IMG/VR virus record: IMGVR_UViG_3300034112_001564 | Span: 8,420-72,419 of that record | Direction: 5' to 3' (one strand) | Length of the DNA: 64,000 nucleotides | Origin: a virus | Shown here: piece by piece, positions 47,001-55,429 of the stretch | Layout: every line of letters begins with the position of its first letter | How positions within the stretch are numbered: the first letter of the stretch is position 1 | Program-made: the position numbers and the translations under genes | Notes under the pieces: model-generated | The model's input: the letters and a program-made list of their open reading frames with translations, nothing else | The model's database searches: none | Told to the model about the DNA's origin: nothing

Positions 47001-50000
47001 GCGAGCTGGTCGGCCTGCTCCTTCGTGGAGGCGAGACCAATGGTACCCTTCCTGGCAGCGCTCTCGACGAAAGCTGCGTACTTGTTGAAGGCGTCGGCGA
47101 CGGGGCCGCTAGCCGCCGCCCCGATGTCCAGCAGCTTGGCCCTGATGAATCCGATCTGCTTTTCTGTGCGAGTGAACGCCGCGGTGTTCAGCGCGTCTCC
47201 AAGCGTGCCGCCGAGCTTGGCGGCCTGCTGCGTTCTGGTCAGCGCCCGCTCAAGGCCAGCGACCTTCTTTGCGACTGCATCGATCTCCGCCGCAGTTGAC
47301 GATGGGCCAAGCCCCTTAAATGCGTCTCGAACCTTGTTGATCGCCGGAATCAACTGAGCCTGCAACGGCGTCGGCAGCTTTTCAAGGCTGGTCTGGAGCG
47401 ATACGACATTAGCTTGGAGGTTGGCGTATCCACGAGCGGCTGTGCCGAAGTCTGCTCCAAGAACGTCCACTGGCGGTTTCGGCGGTTTCGGCGGCGGTGC
47501 CGCCGCGATCGCTGCGTCCCGCAACTGGCCCGCACGCTGGCCGGCAAGCCTCGCAGCCGCCTCGTTGCCAGCATTCGCGCCGACGAACGTCTCGATCTTG
47601 GCGATGTTCTTCTCGCCGATGGCTTTCATCGGGCCGTCAAGTTTCGCGACCGCCGCCTTGGCCTCGGCAAGGTTTTTCTTGAGGATATCGATGGGCTGGC
47701 TCGGATTCGCGCCGTCTCCGATGGCCGCCATCGCAGCCTTGAGGTCATCTGCCGCCTTCTTCGCCTGCAACTCCTTGTCGACGAGATCGACGAACACCTT
47801 GATCAGCGGCGCGCCGAAGTCCGCGTTACCAAGCCCCGCGATGGCCGCGTCCTTGGCGGTCGTCACCCTCGCCAAGGCGGCGGGGTCGAGGCTGCCGGCT
47901 CTGGCGATGGTGCTACGCAGCTCGCCCTCGGCCTGCGCCCTGTTCTGCGGCAGTCCCGTGAACTGGAACGCGGCGGACTCCTTGAGGGCGTCGATGCTGG
48001 CCTTCAGGTCATCCGTCTTCTTCTTGGCGTCTGCGGTAGTGAGGTTGAACTTCTTGTCCTGGGCGACCTTGAATGCGATCTGGTCAAGAACGTCGTTGTA
48101 CTTGTCCAAGTCGCCCAATTGTCGCGCCATTGCCGCGTCTTCTAGGAGCGGCTTGTAGTTCTGACGCTGTGCGCGGTCTAGGCCGACGATGTCGCCTTCT
48201 AGCTGCCCTCGGCGGCCGTCTGCCTGCTCCATGTTCTGCGGACGGCCGGTGATGACGAAGGCGGCGCGCTCGCGCATTGACGTGATCTTCGCCGTGATCT
48301 CGTCAGCCTTTCTCTGCGCCTCGGCGGTGTCAATGGTGACCCTGATTTCTTTTTCCGCGACCTCCTGAGCCTCGCCGAGCTTCTTGATAACAAGATCAAG
48401 CGACAGTTGCGCTGGCCCCGTCGGGAGGCTATCAGCAATCACTGCTTGCAGCTTCGCGTACCGAACCGTGGCCTCCTGCGAAAGCCTGTTGACCTCCACG
48501 AGCGACTCGACAATCCTCGGGTTTGCCTGAATCGCCGAGGCCGGCAGCGCCGCTGCTTTGTCGCCGATAGCCGCTCCGCGGTCCAAAGACTCGGACAGCC
48601 CGGGCTGGTCAAAGAAAAGCTCCCTGCCGGTCTTGATCTTCCCGACCTTCGCCGACGCCTCGGCCAATCGCGAGACCGACGCCACGACCTGATCGACATC
48701 CTGCTTTATGCCGACGAACGTGGCCTCAATTGCCTTGGCGGGAGCGACGCCGTCATCGATCAGTCTTGCCAGCGACTCAAGATCGTTTTGCACGCTTGAG
48801 AGCGCAGGCAGGAAACCAGCCTGAACCTCTCTGGTCAGCGTACCGAACTGCTGCGTGGCTGCCGCGATAGGCTTTGACAGCTCCTCCGACTGAGACACCA
48901 TCTGCCGCATCTTCGTCGTCGCGGCCGTCAGGTCAGAGCGGCCAAGCTCTTCCATGACGCGAGGCAGTTTGCCGAGTACCGCCCCCGCGGCCTCGGCCTT
49001 CTTGGCGACATCGTCAAGCGTCTGAATGTCGACGTTCACGCCGAACTCAGCGGTGACCTTTTTGCCAAGTTGGCGATTCAGCTTGCCGAGCGTGCTTTCT
49101 GCCTCTGTCAGCTCGTCGTACTTCGCCTTGATGTCGACGACGCGCCCGCTGGCCTTGGCCTTCTCCAGAGCGGCCGTCAGCCTGTCGACCCTGTCCTGCG
49201 CCTCGGCGATCTGTGCCTTGAACTCGTCTGTCGATACACTGATCTTGGCGACCCTGGCCTGCTTCTTTTCAAGCGAATCGATCTCCTCCGAGATGCCGTC
49301 GATCACCGCGCGGACCTTTTGAAGCTCTCGTTCATCACCGCGAACGCGAATGGCCTTCGCCTCAAGGGATGCCCGCTTGCTGTTCAGCGCATCAAGTTGT
49401 TCGTTGATCGCGTCGAGTTCGCGCGAACCGCCGCCGCCGGCTGCGGCCTGATCCTGCAACCTCTTCAAGGCCGCCGTAGCCTTGGCAAGCCGCCCCTCGA
49501 GCTTCTGCACCGCGGCGTCATCGACGGGGACGGTAACCTTGCCACCGCTGTCGGCCGCGGACTTGATCTCCTGCTTCAGCGCCTGAATCCGATCTTTGGC
49601 CGATTCGACATCCGCCGCCACCTTCATAACAGCGGGCGACGACCTGATCTGCTCACGAAGCTCGTTGATCTTCTCCAGGCCGCCGACGCGGGTGATGATC
49701 TCCACGTCCTTCGACGTAAGGCCGTTGATGGCATCGCGGAATTCCGTGATGCTCTTCATTCCGCTCGTCTTCAGGACGATGTCGATCTGTCGCTCGTTGA
49801 GACCTTGCAGCCGCCGCTGAAGGGCGTCCACGTCTCCGATGAGACCCTTGAAGCCCTTGAACGATAGCTTCATCGACTCGGCGGCCCGCAGAGACCGCTC
49901 GACTTTCTGGAGGGGCGTGTAGATACCCTCCAGAGCCCTAGCAGCCTGAGTGGACGCCGATGTCAGGTTGCCCTGCACCCGGCTGGCGAAGTTGGCGACT

Positions 50001-50089
50001 TCTTTCGCAGACTTCGCCAGCTTGCTGTCGAAGTCTCCCGTGCTCGCCGAGACAACTGCACTGATCTTGCCGAGGTAGCCGTTTGCCAT
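44078..50089 (-). CDS. tail tape measure protein (2003 aa)
   Basis: long Ala/Glu/Lys/Arg-rich helical ORF after the tail chaperones; central hydrophobic segment. Confidence 0.9.
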   Translation of the reverse strand: MANGYLGKISAVVSASTGDFDSKLAKSAKEVANFASRVQGNLTSASTQAARALEGIYTPLQKVERSLRAAESMKLSFKGFKGLIGDVDALQRRLQGLNERQIDIVLKTSGMKSITEFRDAINGLTSKDVEIITRVGGLEKINELREQIRSSPAVMKVAADVESAKDRIQALKQEIKSAADSGGKVTVPVDDAAVQKLEGRLAKATAALKRLQDQAAAGGGGSRELDAINEQLDALNSKRASLEAKAIRVRGDERELQKVRAVIDGISEEIDSLEKKQARVAKISVSTDEFKAQIAEAQDRVDRLTAALEKAKASGRVVDIKAKYDELTEAESTLGKLNRQLGKKVTAEFGVNVDIQTLDDVAKKAEAAGAVLGKLPRVMEELGRSDLTAATTKMRQMVSQSEELSKPIAAATQQFGTLTREVQAGFLPALSSVQNDLESLARLIDDGVAPAKAIEATFVGIKQDVDQVVASVSRLAEASAKVGKIKTGRELFFDQPGLSESLDRGAAIGDKAAALPASAIQANPRIVESLVEVNRLSQEATVRYAKLQAVIADSLPTGPAQLSLDLVIKKLGEAQEVAEKEIRVTIDTAEAQRKADEITAKITSMRERAAFVITGRPQNMEQADGRRGQLEGDIVGLDRAQRQNYKPLLEDAAMARQLGDLDKYNDVLDQIAFKVAQDKKFNLTTADAKKKTDDLKASIDALKESAAFQFTGLPQNRAQAEGELRSTIARAGSLDPAALARVTTAKDAAIAGLGNADFGAPLIKVFVDLVDKELQAKKAADDLKAAMAAIGDGANPSQPIDILKKNLAEAKAAVAKLDGPMKAIGEKNIAKIETFVGANAGNEAAARLAGQRAGQLRDAAIAAAPPPKPPKPPVDVLGADFGTAARGYANLQANVVSLQTSLEKLPTPLQAQLIPAINKVRDAFKGLGPSSTAAEIDAVAKKVAGLERALTRTQQAAKLGGTLGDALNTAAFTRTEKQIGFIRAKLLDIGAAASGPVADAFNKYAAFVESAARKGTIGLASTKEQADQLAEKIGEAALAAGLFKSKAEAASFVKGIGDVGRAGADKFALGLNQAIFAVDDFMSSTGGLEFKLRAVSNNITQLGFIVGGTTGLFVGLGAVIAGQAAVGLIKWANNGRSAEDQTKALNEALARQKSLVEDLAQAFRSLGDAMSRGTFSAGGEQAAEFSRQMEDIRKKQNEAIRNNVADFDPEVIKERAEQRKLQDDIEKSTDVGEIVGLQRQLEDSRRRERDAADRAVSAPPPDFGQIQKRLRESLEAQAVAAARDEGASNPDDPFAPARAAAPFMERAASVPLAGSVSEAREQVDARIKELSTQIEGGLLTSNEAATAKKEIAELRLVLGSLSAPLLREINRTANEIAESSRGPAAQIRQAQEDVAEAIRRGVPNAAAFQRELDANAKKLKEAYVSLEEAQKETDPDKKRAKVDEAKANIDQVEAEGAGIRLRSRETRLGRTFGGERTTAALASIQGNERFAGDEYSIRTTAYIEAAIDREIEARGQLEVATAKGSDAEIKAAEAELEAAQSASEAAAAFAEAAVAVEAALTRIRKVGESAVQRSEQGADAAQKAFEENPLRAGSGQSRDDAERRLIDDRARVAQAQVDLDIRRGVVQNDPRMQGINKEFEAITQRRADLEAKARIGSLDPAEQNELDAARKREIELMRQREHLARNLTEAERKQLDAINNGIAAREKELEKSRQRAAEDPTFKRRMDAANQIIADSERQANEAQERYINNPTEQNRTDRNAADAQLRADRELAQKLQDDLDNKRKEIEQDPLFAANNRLIAANDERLAALAEKEASVGLTQREKDERIARQKDSRRMLAERDLMIADGTRDEQKAIDIERMIQNDRDRALRGRDLGMTDRERFRKEFTEGAGADINANALDMLLKGENPQAFLRQAIQNQMEQVAPMLQQFQEERQNALLQGPSRAALNVSDVSTSQGQSELNRLLRGDDSAKDVNLAELRKQTDKLDEVVRAIKEGNPGVLL

Positions 50090-50093
50090 CGAT

Positions 50094-50740
50094 TCATCCC
50101 TGAATTGGCGTGTTCAACTTCATCAGCTCGGCCATGATCTGATCGTTCGTCTGCTCCGGCTTGATCACGCTCGGGATGAACGCAGCCTCGTCTGGGAGGT
50201 CATGCTTCTTGTAGTTCCCAGACGAGGCCATGATCACCCTGCACAGTCTGGCCGTTTGCCCCCACGGGTCAGGCAGCGGCCACCTCTGATCAAATGCGTA
50301 CCATTCGGCGATCTCCGCGCTGTCAACCTCCTGCAACAGACGCTTGACGCTCATCCCCAGCGTCGCCGCTAGGCGGAAGTAGAACCTCCGCTCTGGGCGG
50401 TTTCGGAATCTTCCCCCAGGGCATCCACTGCCTCCTGCGTGAAGGCATTCAGCTTCCAGCCGGCCTCGAAGAGACGGTTGATCACAACCGAAGACTTCTT
50501 GCCGAGAATGTCGGCCTCGTCGTCACTGAAGAGCCGCTCTCCATCCTCGTCGCACAGAGCGAGCAGGAGGAAGCGAATGCGAAACGCCTTCATCTTCTGG
50601 TCGGCGTAGCTCTCCTCGAACCTGTCGCGGTCGGTGCCAGTGAGCACACGGAGATACACGTCGCCCTTCCACTCGGGGACGGCGACCTTCTCCTTGCGAA
50701 CGTCGTCGGCGGCCAGGATGCTCTTTCGATCAAGTGCCAT
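50094..50740 (-). CDS. tail assembly chaperones G (50369-50740) and G-T via -1 frameshift
   Basis: MALDRKSILAADD...VPEWKGDVYLR; GGGGGAA at 50411-50417 leads into RPERRFYFRLAATLGMSV. Confidence 0.85.
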
Positions 50741-50785
50741 GTCTGCTCTGCTCCCAGTAACGGTGTGGCGCGGCATCCTTGCCGG

Positions 50786-51151
50786 CTATGCTGCTTGGTA
50801 ATCAGTCATCAAGAACTTGAGCGAGCCTCGCACCAGCTCGCCCGCCTGCGCGCCTACAGACGCGGACTCGCAGACCACTCGCCGGCTGATGCTGTAGCCC
50901 CTCGACGAGAACGTGAGCTGGCCGACCCTCCTGACGAGCAACTGCGGGTCGACATTCGATGTCAGGAAGTCGACGGTTATGGTGCCGCCGGACCACTCCC
51001 CGGTCGGCACCGCAACCATGCTGCCCAGCACGTCGTTGGCAGAGGTCATGTTGACGACCTCCGCAGTCGGCATCTCCACAGAGATGCCGACCAGCGACCC
51101 GCTGAAGTTCAGGAACGAAAAGGTCGCGCCGTGTGCGGTGGCCCCGGCCAT
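50786..51151 (-). CDS. putative tail tube protein
   Basis: AHGATFSF...VVNMTS...GTITVDF...ELVRGSLKF; directly before the chaperones. Confidence 0.65.
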   Translation of the reverse strand: MAGATAHGATFSFLNFSGSLVGISVEMPTAEVVNMTSANDVLGSMVAVPTGEWSGGTITVDFLTSNVDPQLLVRRVGQLTFSSRGYSISRRVVCESASVGAQAGELVRGSLKFLMTDYQAA

Positions 51152-51171
51152 GTCGGGTCACCTCCAGGGCG

Positions 51172-51501
51172 TTAGGCGACCCGCCAAGTCGCGTTGCCCT
51201 TGATGAGATCGCCGACGGTGCCGCCCACGGTCGACGCCGTGAGGGTGGCGTTGCCGGTGAAGCTAACCGGGCCGGCGATGCTGATCGCCGCGGACTGAAT
51301 CGTGATGACGGTCGTGGCGATGTAGTCGCAGGAGATTTCCCGCTGCACGAACGTGGGGACGTACTCCCGACGCCCGCCAGGGGGGATGCCGAGATGCGAA
51401 CCATCGGCGTTGTCGATCTGGTCGTTGACATTGAAGCTCGTAATCACCAGCGTCTGACCGCTGTAGGTCATCGTCACGCCCATCGCAGCAACACCGGCCA
51501 T
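51172..51501 (-). CDS. second tail tube-like protein
   Basis: AMGVTMTY...DGSHLG...TVGDLIKGNATWRV; AAGGAGG RBS. Confidence 0.55.
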   Translation of the reverse strand: MAGVAAMGVTMTYSGQTLVITSFNVNDQIDNADGSHLGIPPGGRREYVPTFVQREISCDYIATTVITIQSAAISIAGPVSFTGNATLTASTVGGTVGDLIKGNATWRVA

Positions 51502-51525
51502 AGTGCGCCTCCTTGCGCTAAAGTC

Positions 51526-51951
51526 TTATTCGGTAGCTTCGGACCACCGAATCTGAAACAGTTGTCGAACCTCGTATGCGGGCGGGAGCTGGGCTCCCAC
51601 GGCTGCCGGGTCCAGATAGTCATCTGTCTCCGACACGAGCCGTATATCACTTATTGTAACGCCCGCGAGGGTGCCAGTGCGTCCATCCAAAGCGAGACGC
51701 ACCTCGTCGGCAAGCTCGCGGGCAACGTCGTAGTAGAGTGCCCAGGAGGCGATCTGGAGATGCACGATCGGCTGGTACATCGGGCCTGCGAGATGGGCCT
51801 CGCGGGTGATGTTATTCCGCTTGTAGATGCAGAACGGCAGGACGGCGTTTTTCGGCACCGCGATCGGGTAGACCTGAAAACCGACCAGCCTCGCCACCTC
51901 CGGCGAGGTGATGAGCCTCTGGAAAACGTGTTTTTCTGGGGAGATGATCAC
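51526..51951 (-). CDS. tail terminator (DUF3168-like)
   Basis: LVGFQVYP...LPFCIY...LQIASW...LADEVRLALDG. Confidence 0.75.
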   Translation of the reverse strand: MIISPEKHVFQRLITSPEVARLVGFQVYPIAVPKNAVLPFCIYKRNNITREAHLAGPMYQPIVHLQIASWALYYDVARELADEVRLALDGRTGTLAGVTISDIRLVSETDDYLDPAAVGAQLPPAYEVRQLFQIRWSEATE

Positions 51952-52685
51952 TTACTGAGCCTGTCAAGCGAGTTCTGGATTGCTGCCTTGAGCGTATTCA
52001 GTACAGCGTCCTTGGTTTCGGCGATGGACCGCTCCATCGCGTGGCTGGCTGGCATCGGAGCGTAGGTGTCGCCTGGGTGGAGGGTGATCGGATGCTGCCT
52101 GCCGTTGGAGTAGCCGAAATCGTGGGGGTAGCCGATGCCTTGGCGGGCCTGCCGCGTCTCTTCGTCGCGGCTGCCCATCAAAAAGTAGTAGCCCCTCGAC
52201 ATATTGGCGAACTGCTGGTCATTCGCCGACGAGTGGCGTCGCATCTTGCCGTTGATCATCTGGTGGACGTTGACGTAGGTGCGGCGGCCCTTGGTCCCCG
52301 GCCTGCGCGGGCCGGACCCGAACTCCTTCAGCCAAGCGTGGTTGCCCGAAGCCTGCTTGTCAGTGCTGCGGCCCGTTCCAGACTGGTACGGTCCCACAAT
52401 CGCCACAGTTGCCGCATCGTAGACTTTGGTTTCGATCCTTGTCGATCTCGCGAGGTTGCCGGTGACGTTGCCGACCTTCGACTGATAGCTTCGCTTTATG
52501 TGGCTGCTGGCCTTTCTGACGGCCTGCTCGAGCGCCTTTGGCTCGCCCACCTCTGCGGCGAGCTTCTGGAGCCTCTCGGCCAATTCACGGACACCCTCCA
52601 TCCTGACCGACACGAACCCCTCGGCCAGCGACTTGCCGGTGCTGCCGCCAATCGATCTCGGAGTCCCGTAGCCCTGCGTAATCAT
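51948..52685 (-). CDS. HK97 gp10-like tail completion protein
   Basis: EGVRELAERL...TGNLARS...HAWLKEFG. Confidence 0.7.
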   Translation of the reverse strand: MITQGYGTPRSIGGSTGKSLAEGFVSVRMEGVRELAERLQKLAAEVGEPKALEQAVRKASSHIKRSYQSKVGNVTGNLARSTRIETKVYDAATVAIVGPYQSGTGRSTDKQASGNHAWLKEFGSGPRRPGTKGRRTYVNVHQMINGKMRRHSSANDQQFANMSRGYYFLMGSRDEETRQARQGIGYPHDFGYSNGRQHPITLHPGDTYAPMPASHAMERSIAETKDAVLNTLKAAIQNSLDRLSK

Positions 52686-53008
52686 GTCGCGTCCTCCCTC
52701 GCCAGTATCTCATGGATCGAGCGGGTCTCTCGCTCAAGGACGCTAGAAATCTCCATCACACGGCCCCTCCAGAGAAGCCGGTGCTGGTGATTTAGGCCGG
52801 GGAAGAACCTGATCCGAACGCGGTGCGTCACGATCGCGCCGGCCTGCTGGGCGGCGAAGTAGTCGCTGGCCCTAACGCCCATGATGCTGGCGTAGACTGT
52901 GGCCTCGTCCACCCAGGTCAGCGTCGTCTCGCCGAAGGAACTCTGCTGCTCCACGGGCTTCTGGATCGTGACCCGCTCGCGCATCGTGCCCGAATTGATC
53001 ATGGTCAC
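52682..53008 (-). CDS. head-closure protein (SPP1 gp16-like)
   Basis: GTMRERVTIQ...THRVRIRF...GRVMEI. Confidence 0.85.
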   Translation of the reverse strand: MTMINSGTMRERVTIQKPVEQQSSFGETTLTWVDEATVYASIMGVRASDYFAAQQAGAIVTHRVRIRFFPGLNHQHRLLWRGRVMEISSVLERETRSIHEILAREDAT

Positions 53009-53334
53009 CCCATCCAGAGGGCGGTGTACGAACCCGTGCCGGACGGCGCAGAGACTGTGATCGTCGTTGTAACTGGCAGCACGGCCACGCGGCCGGCGGC
53101 CACGTTGAAGCTGCCAGCCAGCCGCAGGACGCTCGTGCCCGTGTTCTTGACCACCAGCGTCGAGAGCGGCGTCGCCCCGACGATCTGAACGGCGGCTGTG
53201 CCGACGCTGCCGTTGATCGTCTGAGCGCTCGTCAGCGACGGGGAAATGTGCTCGGACAGCGAGCCGATCGTGAGCGAAGTGTCACTCGAGTCGTGGTAGA
53301 CGGCGTCGATGTCGATGCGGGCCTTGACGGTCAT
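53005..53334 (-). CDS. hypothetical virion protein
   Basis: ATGA overlaps; beta-rich. Confidence 0.6.
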   Translation of the reverse strand: MTVKARIDIDAVYHDSSDTSLTIGSLSEHISPSLTSAQTINGSVGTAAVQIVGATPLSTLVVKNTGTSVLRLAGSFNVAAGRVAVLPVTTTITVSAPSGTGSYTALWMG

Positions 53335-53972
53335 CGGTAAACCCCCATGCTGGCCGCGGCCAGGAGCGTATCGAACGTCTGCGGCACAGAAACGGGTGCC
53401 CCCGTGACCGCCGGCTGCCTCGTGTCGAACCAGTGGGCCACGAGCAGGCAAATCAAGTGCTTGACCACGGGCGGCGCGCTCTGCCCGTCGTCGCCGTAGC
53501 CCGCCGAATACCGCACCGTGACTGAATTTTCGTCGCCGCGGGTCGCGGGCCAAGCTCTGGCCCACTGCGGGTAAATCCGCCCAGGCAGGACGCTGGCGTC
53601 GACCTGAAAGTCGCCGTTCGCGCTCAAGAGCGTGCCGTAGGTGCCGTCGCCGTTGCGATAGGTCACCGTGATCGACCTGTCCAGAAGCGGCAGGCGGGGC
53701 AGGATGATCGCCCAGACAGGAAACAGGTCGTACTTGGCCTCCCACACGGTCGTGCAGATCGTGATGTCAAGAACATCCTCGACATACTGCCTCGCCACGG
53801 CGATGAGACCCTGGATGTAGAGGTCATCCACATCGGTATCCACCCGGCAATGCTGCTTCGCCGTCGACAGGCTGACCGGCTCCACGGCCGGGTTCGTAAT
53901 GCGTCGCAGGCTGCGAAACGGCGTAATCGTCGCCGTCGGCCTCTGCGGCGTGCCGAAGACAATCTGATCCAT
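53331..53972 (-). CDS. head-tail connector (gp6 / phiE125 gp8-like)
   Basis: EPVSLSTAKQHCRVD...VTVRYSAGYG...LLVAHWFDTR. Confidence 0.88.
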   Translation of the reverse strand: MDQIVFGTPQRPTATITPFRSLRRITNPAVEPVSLSTAKQHCRVDTDVDDLYIQGLIAVARQYVEDVLDITICTTVWEAKYDLFPVWAIILPRLPLLDRSITVTYRNGDGTYGTLLSANGDFQVDASVLPGRIYPQWARAWPATRGDENSVTVRYSAGYGDDGQSAPPVVKHLICLLVAHWFDTRQPAVTGAPVSVPQTFDTLLAAASMGVYR

Positions 53973-54164
53973 TTATCGCCTCTTCTTCGGTGTGTGCTTG
54001 ACGGCCACTTCCGCACGCTCGACGGCCTCGGGGACAGCCTCGGCGGTCTCGACCTCTTCGATCAGCCCGCGGCGGATGAGGATGTCGCACATCCCGGCCG
54101 CCCAGTCCTCGAAGACCTGCCCCTTCTCGTAGCAGTCAAAATTCTGGAGCACGCGGATTTTCAA
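53973..54164 (-). CDS. small protein, ribosomal bL9 N-terminal-like
   Basis: KIRVLQNFDCYEKGQVFE...LIRRGLIE; TTG start with TTGA overlap. Confidence 0.5.
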   Translation of the reverse strand: MKIRVLQNFDCYEKGQVFEDWAAGMCDILIRRGLIEEVETAEAVPEAVERAEVAVKHTPKKRR

Positions 54165-54889
54165 TGAACGTGCCCCCAGGCGCTTTCCGGTGCCTTCTGG
54201 CCGTTCGTCCAGTATTCCGTCGTGTGCTGCTGCACCTTGCCGCCGTCGGCCGTCCTCGAGGGCCATGTGACCATCAGTTCGGCGTGGCCGACGCTGACAT
54301 GCGTGGCGAGGCCCAGCTTGTTGCCGCAGGCGGCCCACGACTTCCAGAACGAGATGTCCTCGTCGGTATGGCCCCCCGTCCACTCTCCCTGGTCGTTCGC
54401 CTTGGCGAGGAACCAGGGCTTCTTCATCTTCTTGAGGCCCGAGGTCCGCAGGAATGTCAGGCCGAAGTGGGCCGTCTCCACGGGCTGCACGACCTTGTTG
54501 AAGAAGTCGCCGTCCACCGTCGTCTTCTGGTCAACGTCACTGCCGGCCAGGGCGAACATCACCGCGTTCGCCTCCCGCTTCGTCTGAAGCGGAGCGATGG
54601 CGTCGTAGCCAGAGTGCAGGAGCAGTGCAAGGAGCGCCTCGACCGTCTTCGCACTGAAGACCGTGTCGTAGTCGATGGTCAGGATCACGTCGTGCGTGTC
54701 GACGACCTGCTCCATCGCTCGCTGAAGGCACTGGCCCCAGAAGGCACCCGTCACCTTGATGGGACTGATGCCATGCGGGGCCAGTGCCGACGAGACACAG
54801 AAGAAATTGTCGGTAAATCCAAGCCGCGGGGTGCTCATCACCGCCGCGACTTTGATTTCCGCTTCGACGTTACCGACTCTGATCAGCAT
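54161..54889 (-). CDS. GT-A (GT2-like) glycosyltransferase in the head module
   Basis: ILTIDYDTVF (DxD), HFGLTFL, KPWF, DEDISFW, VGH. Confidence 0.75.
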   Translation of the reverse strand: MLIRVGNVEAEIKVAAVMSTPRLGFTDNFFCVSSALAPHGISPIKVTGAFWGQCLQRAMEQVVDTHDVILTIDYDTVFSAKTVEALLALLLHSGYDAIAPLQTKREANAVMFALAGSDVDQKTTVDGDFFNKVVQPVETAHFGLTFLRTSGLKKMKKPWFLAKANDQGEWTGGHTDEDISFWKSWAACGNKLGLATHVSVGHAELMVTWPSRTADGGKVQQHTTEYWTNGQKAPESAWGHVH

Positions 54890-54965
54890 GGATCGCTCCG
54901 TGTGTGGAGCGGGCGCGCATCCATGCGCCTTTGTCGGCCATCATGGCCGTCCCGCAGTTCGGGAA

Positions 54966-55391
54966 TCAGCCCTTGACCCAGCCGATGACGCCAGCGTCAG
55001 CCGCCGTCACCGGAGCCTCTTCGCCACGCGACAGACGAGCCGACACCACGGTGTTCACGCTGACCGCGGGGGTCGCCGTGACCTTGAGGTAACGCTTCTT
55101 CGCCTTGGTGTCGATATCGAGCTTCACGATGGCGGCCGACGCGGTGTCGGACACAGCCGGAATCGTGAAGTCGGTGCCGCCGACGAGGCCCGACACGTTC
55201 GAGTAGGACGAGTTGTCATCCGACTCTTCGACCTTCAGCACGCTGGCGAACACCGTCGAGGCGTTGCTCGCCCGCAGCACGTCCACGCTCGCGTGGTCGT
55301 AGCCGAGGGTGTCGATCGTCAGGGTCACTGCGCTGGTGCCGACGGCCGCGGGGACGGAGCCGACAACCTTATCGTTCTGAGAATGGATCAT
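54966..55391 (-). CDS. head decoration/cement protein
   Basis: IDTLGYD...VEESDD...KRYLKV; directly after the capsid gene. Confidence 0.65.
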   Translation of the reverse strand: MIHSQNDKVVGSVPAAVGTSAVTLTIDTLGYDHASVDVLRASNASTVFASVLKVEESDDNSSYSNVSGLVGGTDFTIPAVSDTASAAIVKLDIDTKAKKRYLKVTATPAVSVNTVVSARLSRGEEAPVTAADAGVIGWVKG

Positions 55392-55429
55392 GGTTCTGGG
55401 GTTCTCCTTCTAGAGGGTGTTTGTCAGGC

